Shown in pieces: positions 63,966 to 64,000 of a DNA stretch of 64,000 nt; the first letter of the stretch is position 1, and every line of letters begins with the position of its first letter. Made by a program: the position numbers and the translations under genes. The notes under the pieces were generated by a model, which was not told the origin of the DNA, made no database searches, and saw nothing but the letters and a program-made list of their open reading frames with translations. This DNA is from Octopus sinensis (Eukaryota), in the NCBI RefSeq assembly GCF_006345805.1, contig NC_043002.1, positions 60,760,001 to 60,824,000 on the forward strand, in the 5' to 3' direction.

Positions 63966-64000
63966 TATATATATACCACGGGCTTGTTTCAGTTTCCGTC
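63530..64000 (-). mobile_element. SINE family A (runs off the window end)
   Basis: Homologous to 4051-4517, with an expanded internal (TA)n. Confidence 0.82.

Overview
This is AT-rich, repeat-saturated eukaryotic DNA. The SINE families, microsatellite load and transposon mix look like an octopus (coleoid cephalopod) genome; that is an inference from recognition, not a search. I found no intact host gene, and almost all supplied ORFs are translations of microsatellites or SINEs. Recognisable elements are two full-length but frameshifted mariner copies, two further mariner remnants, a Tc1 remnant, a decayed two-LTR Ty3/Gypsy element, Dong/R4, CR1-group and RTE LINE fragments, two Penelope-like element (PLE) coding remnants and many tRNA-derived SINEs. 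The main signal is at RNA level: several unrelated non-coding repeat families carry minimal type I hammerhead ribozyme (HHR) motifs. Two sit in tandem, retrozyme-like units: a 480-nt unit with a 13-bp target-site duplication at about 61.1-61.9 kb, and a ~530-nt unit with a fold-back at about 8.1-9.55 kb. Other copies have non-canonical cores (G3:C8, U3:A8, no A6). A separate ~355-bp tandem family shares a conserved, apparently structured, non-hammerhead motif that is a candidate for an unassigned ribozyme or RNA element. All structures and coordinates were read by eye, and no activity is demonstrated.
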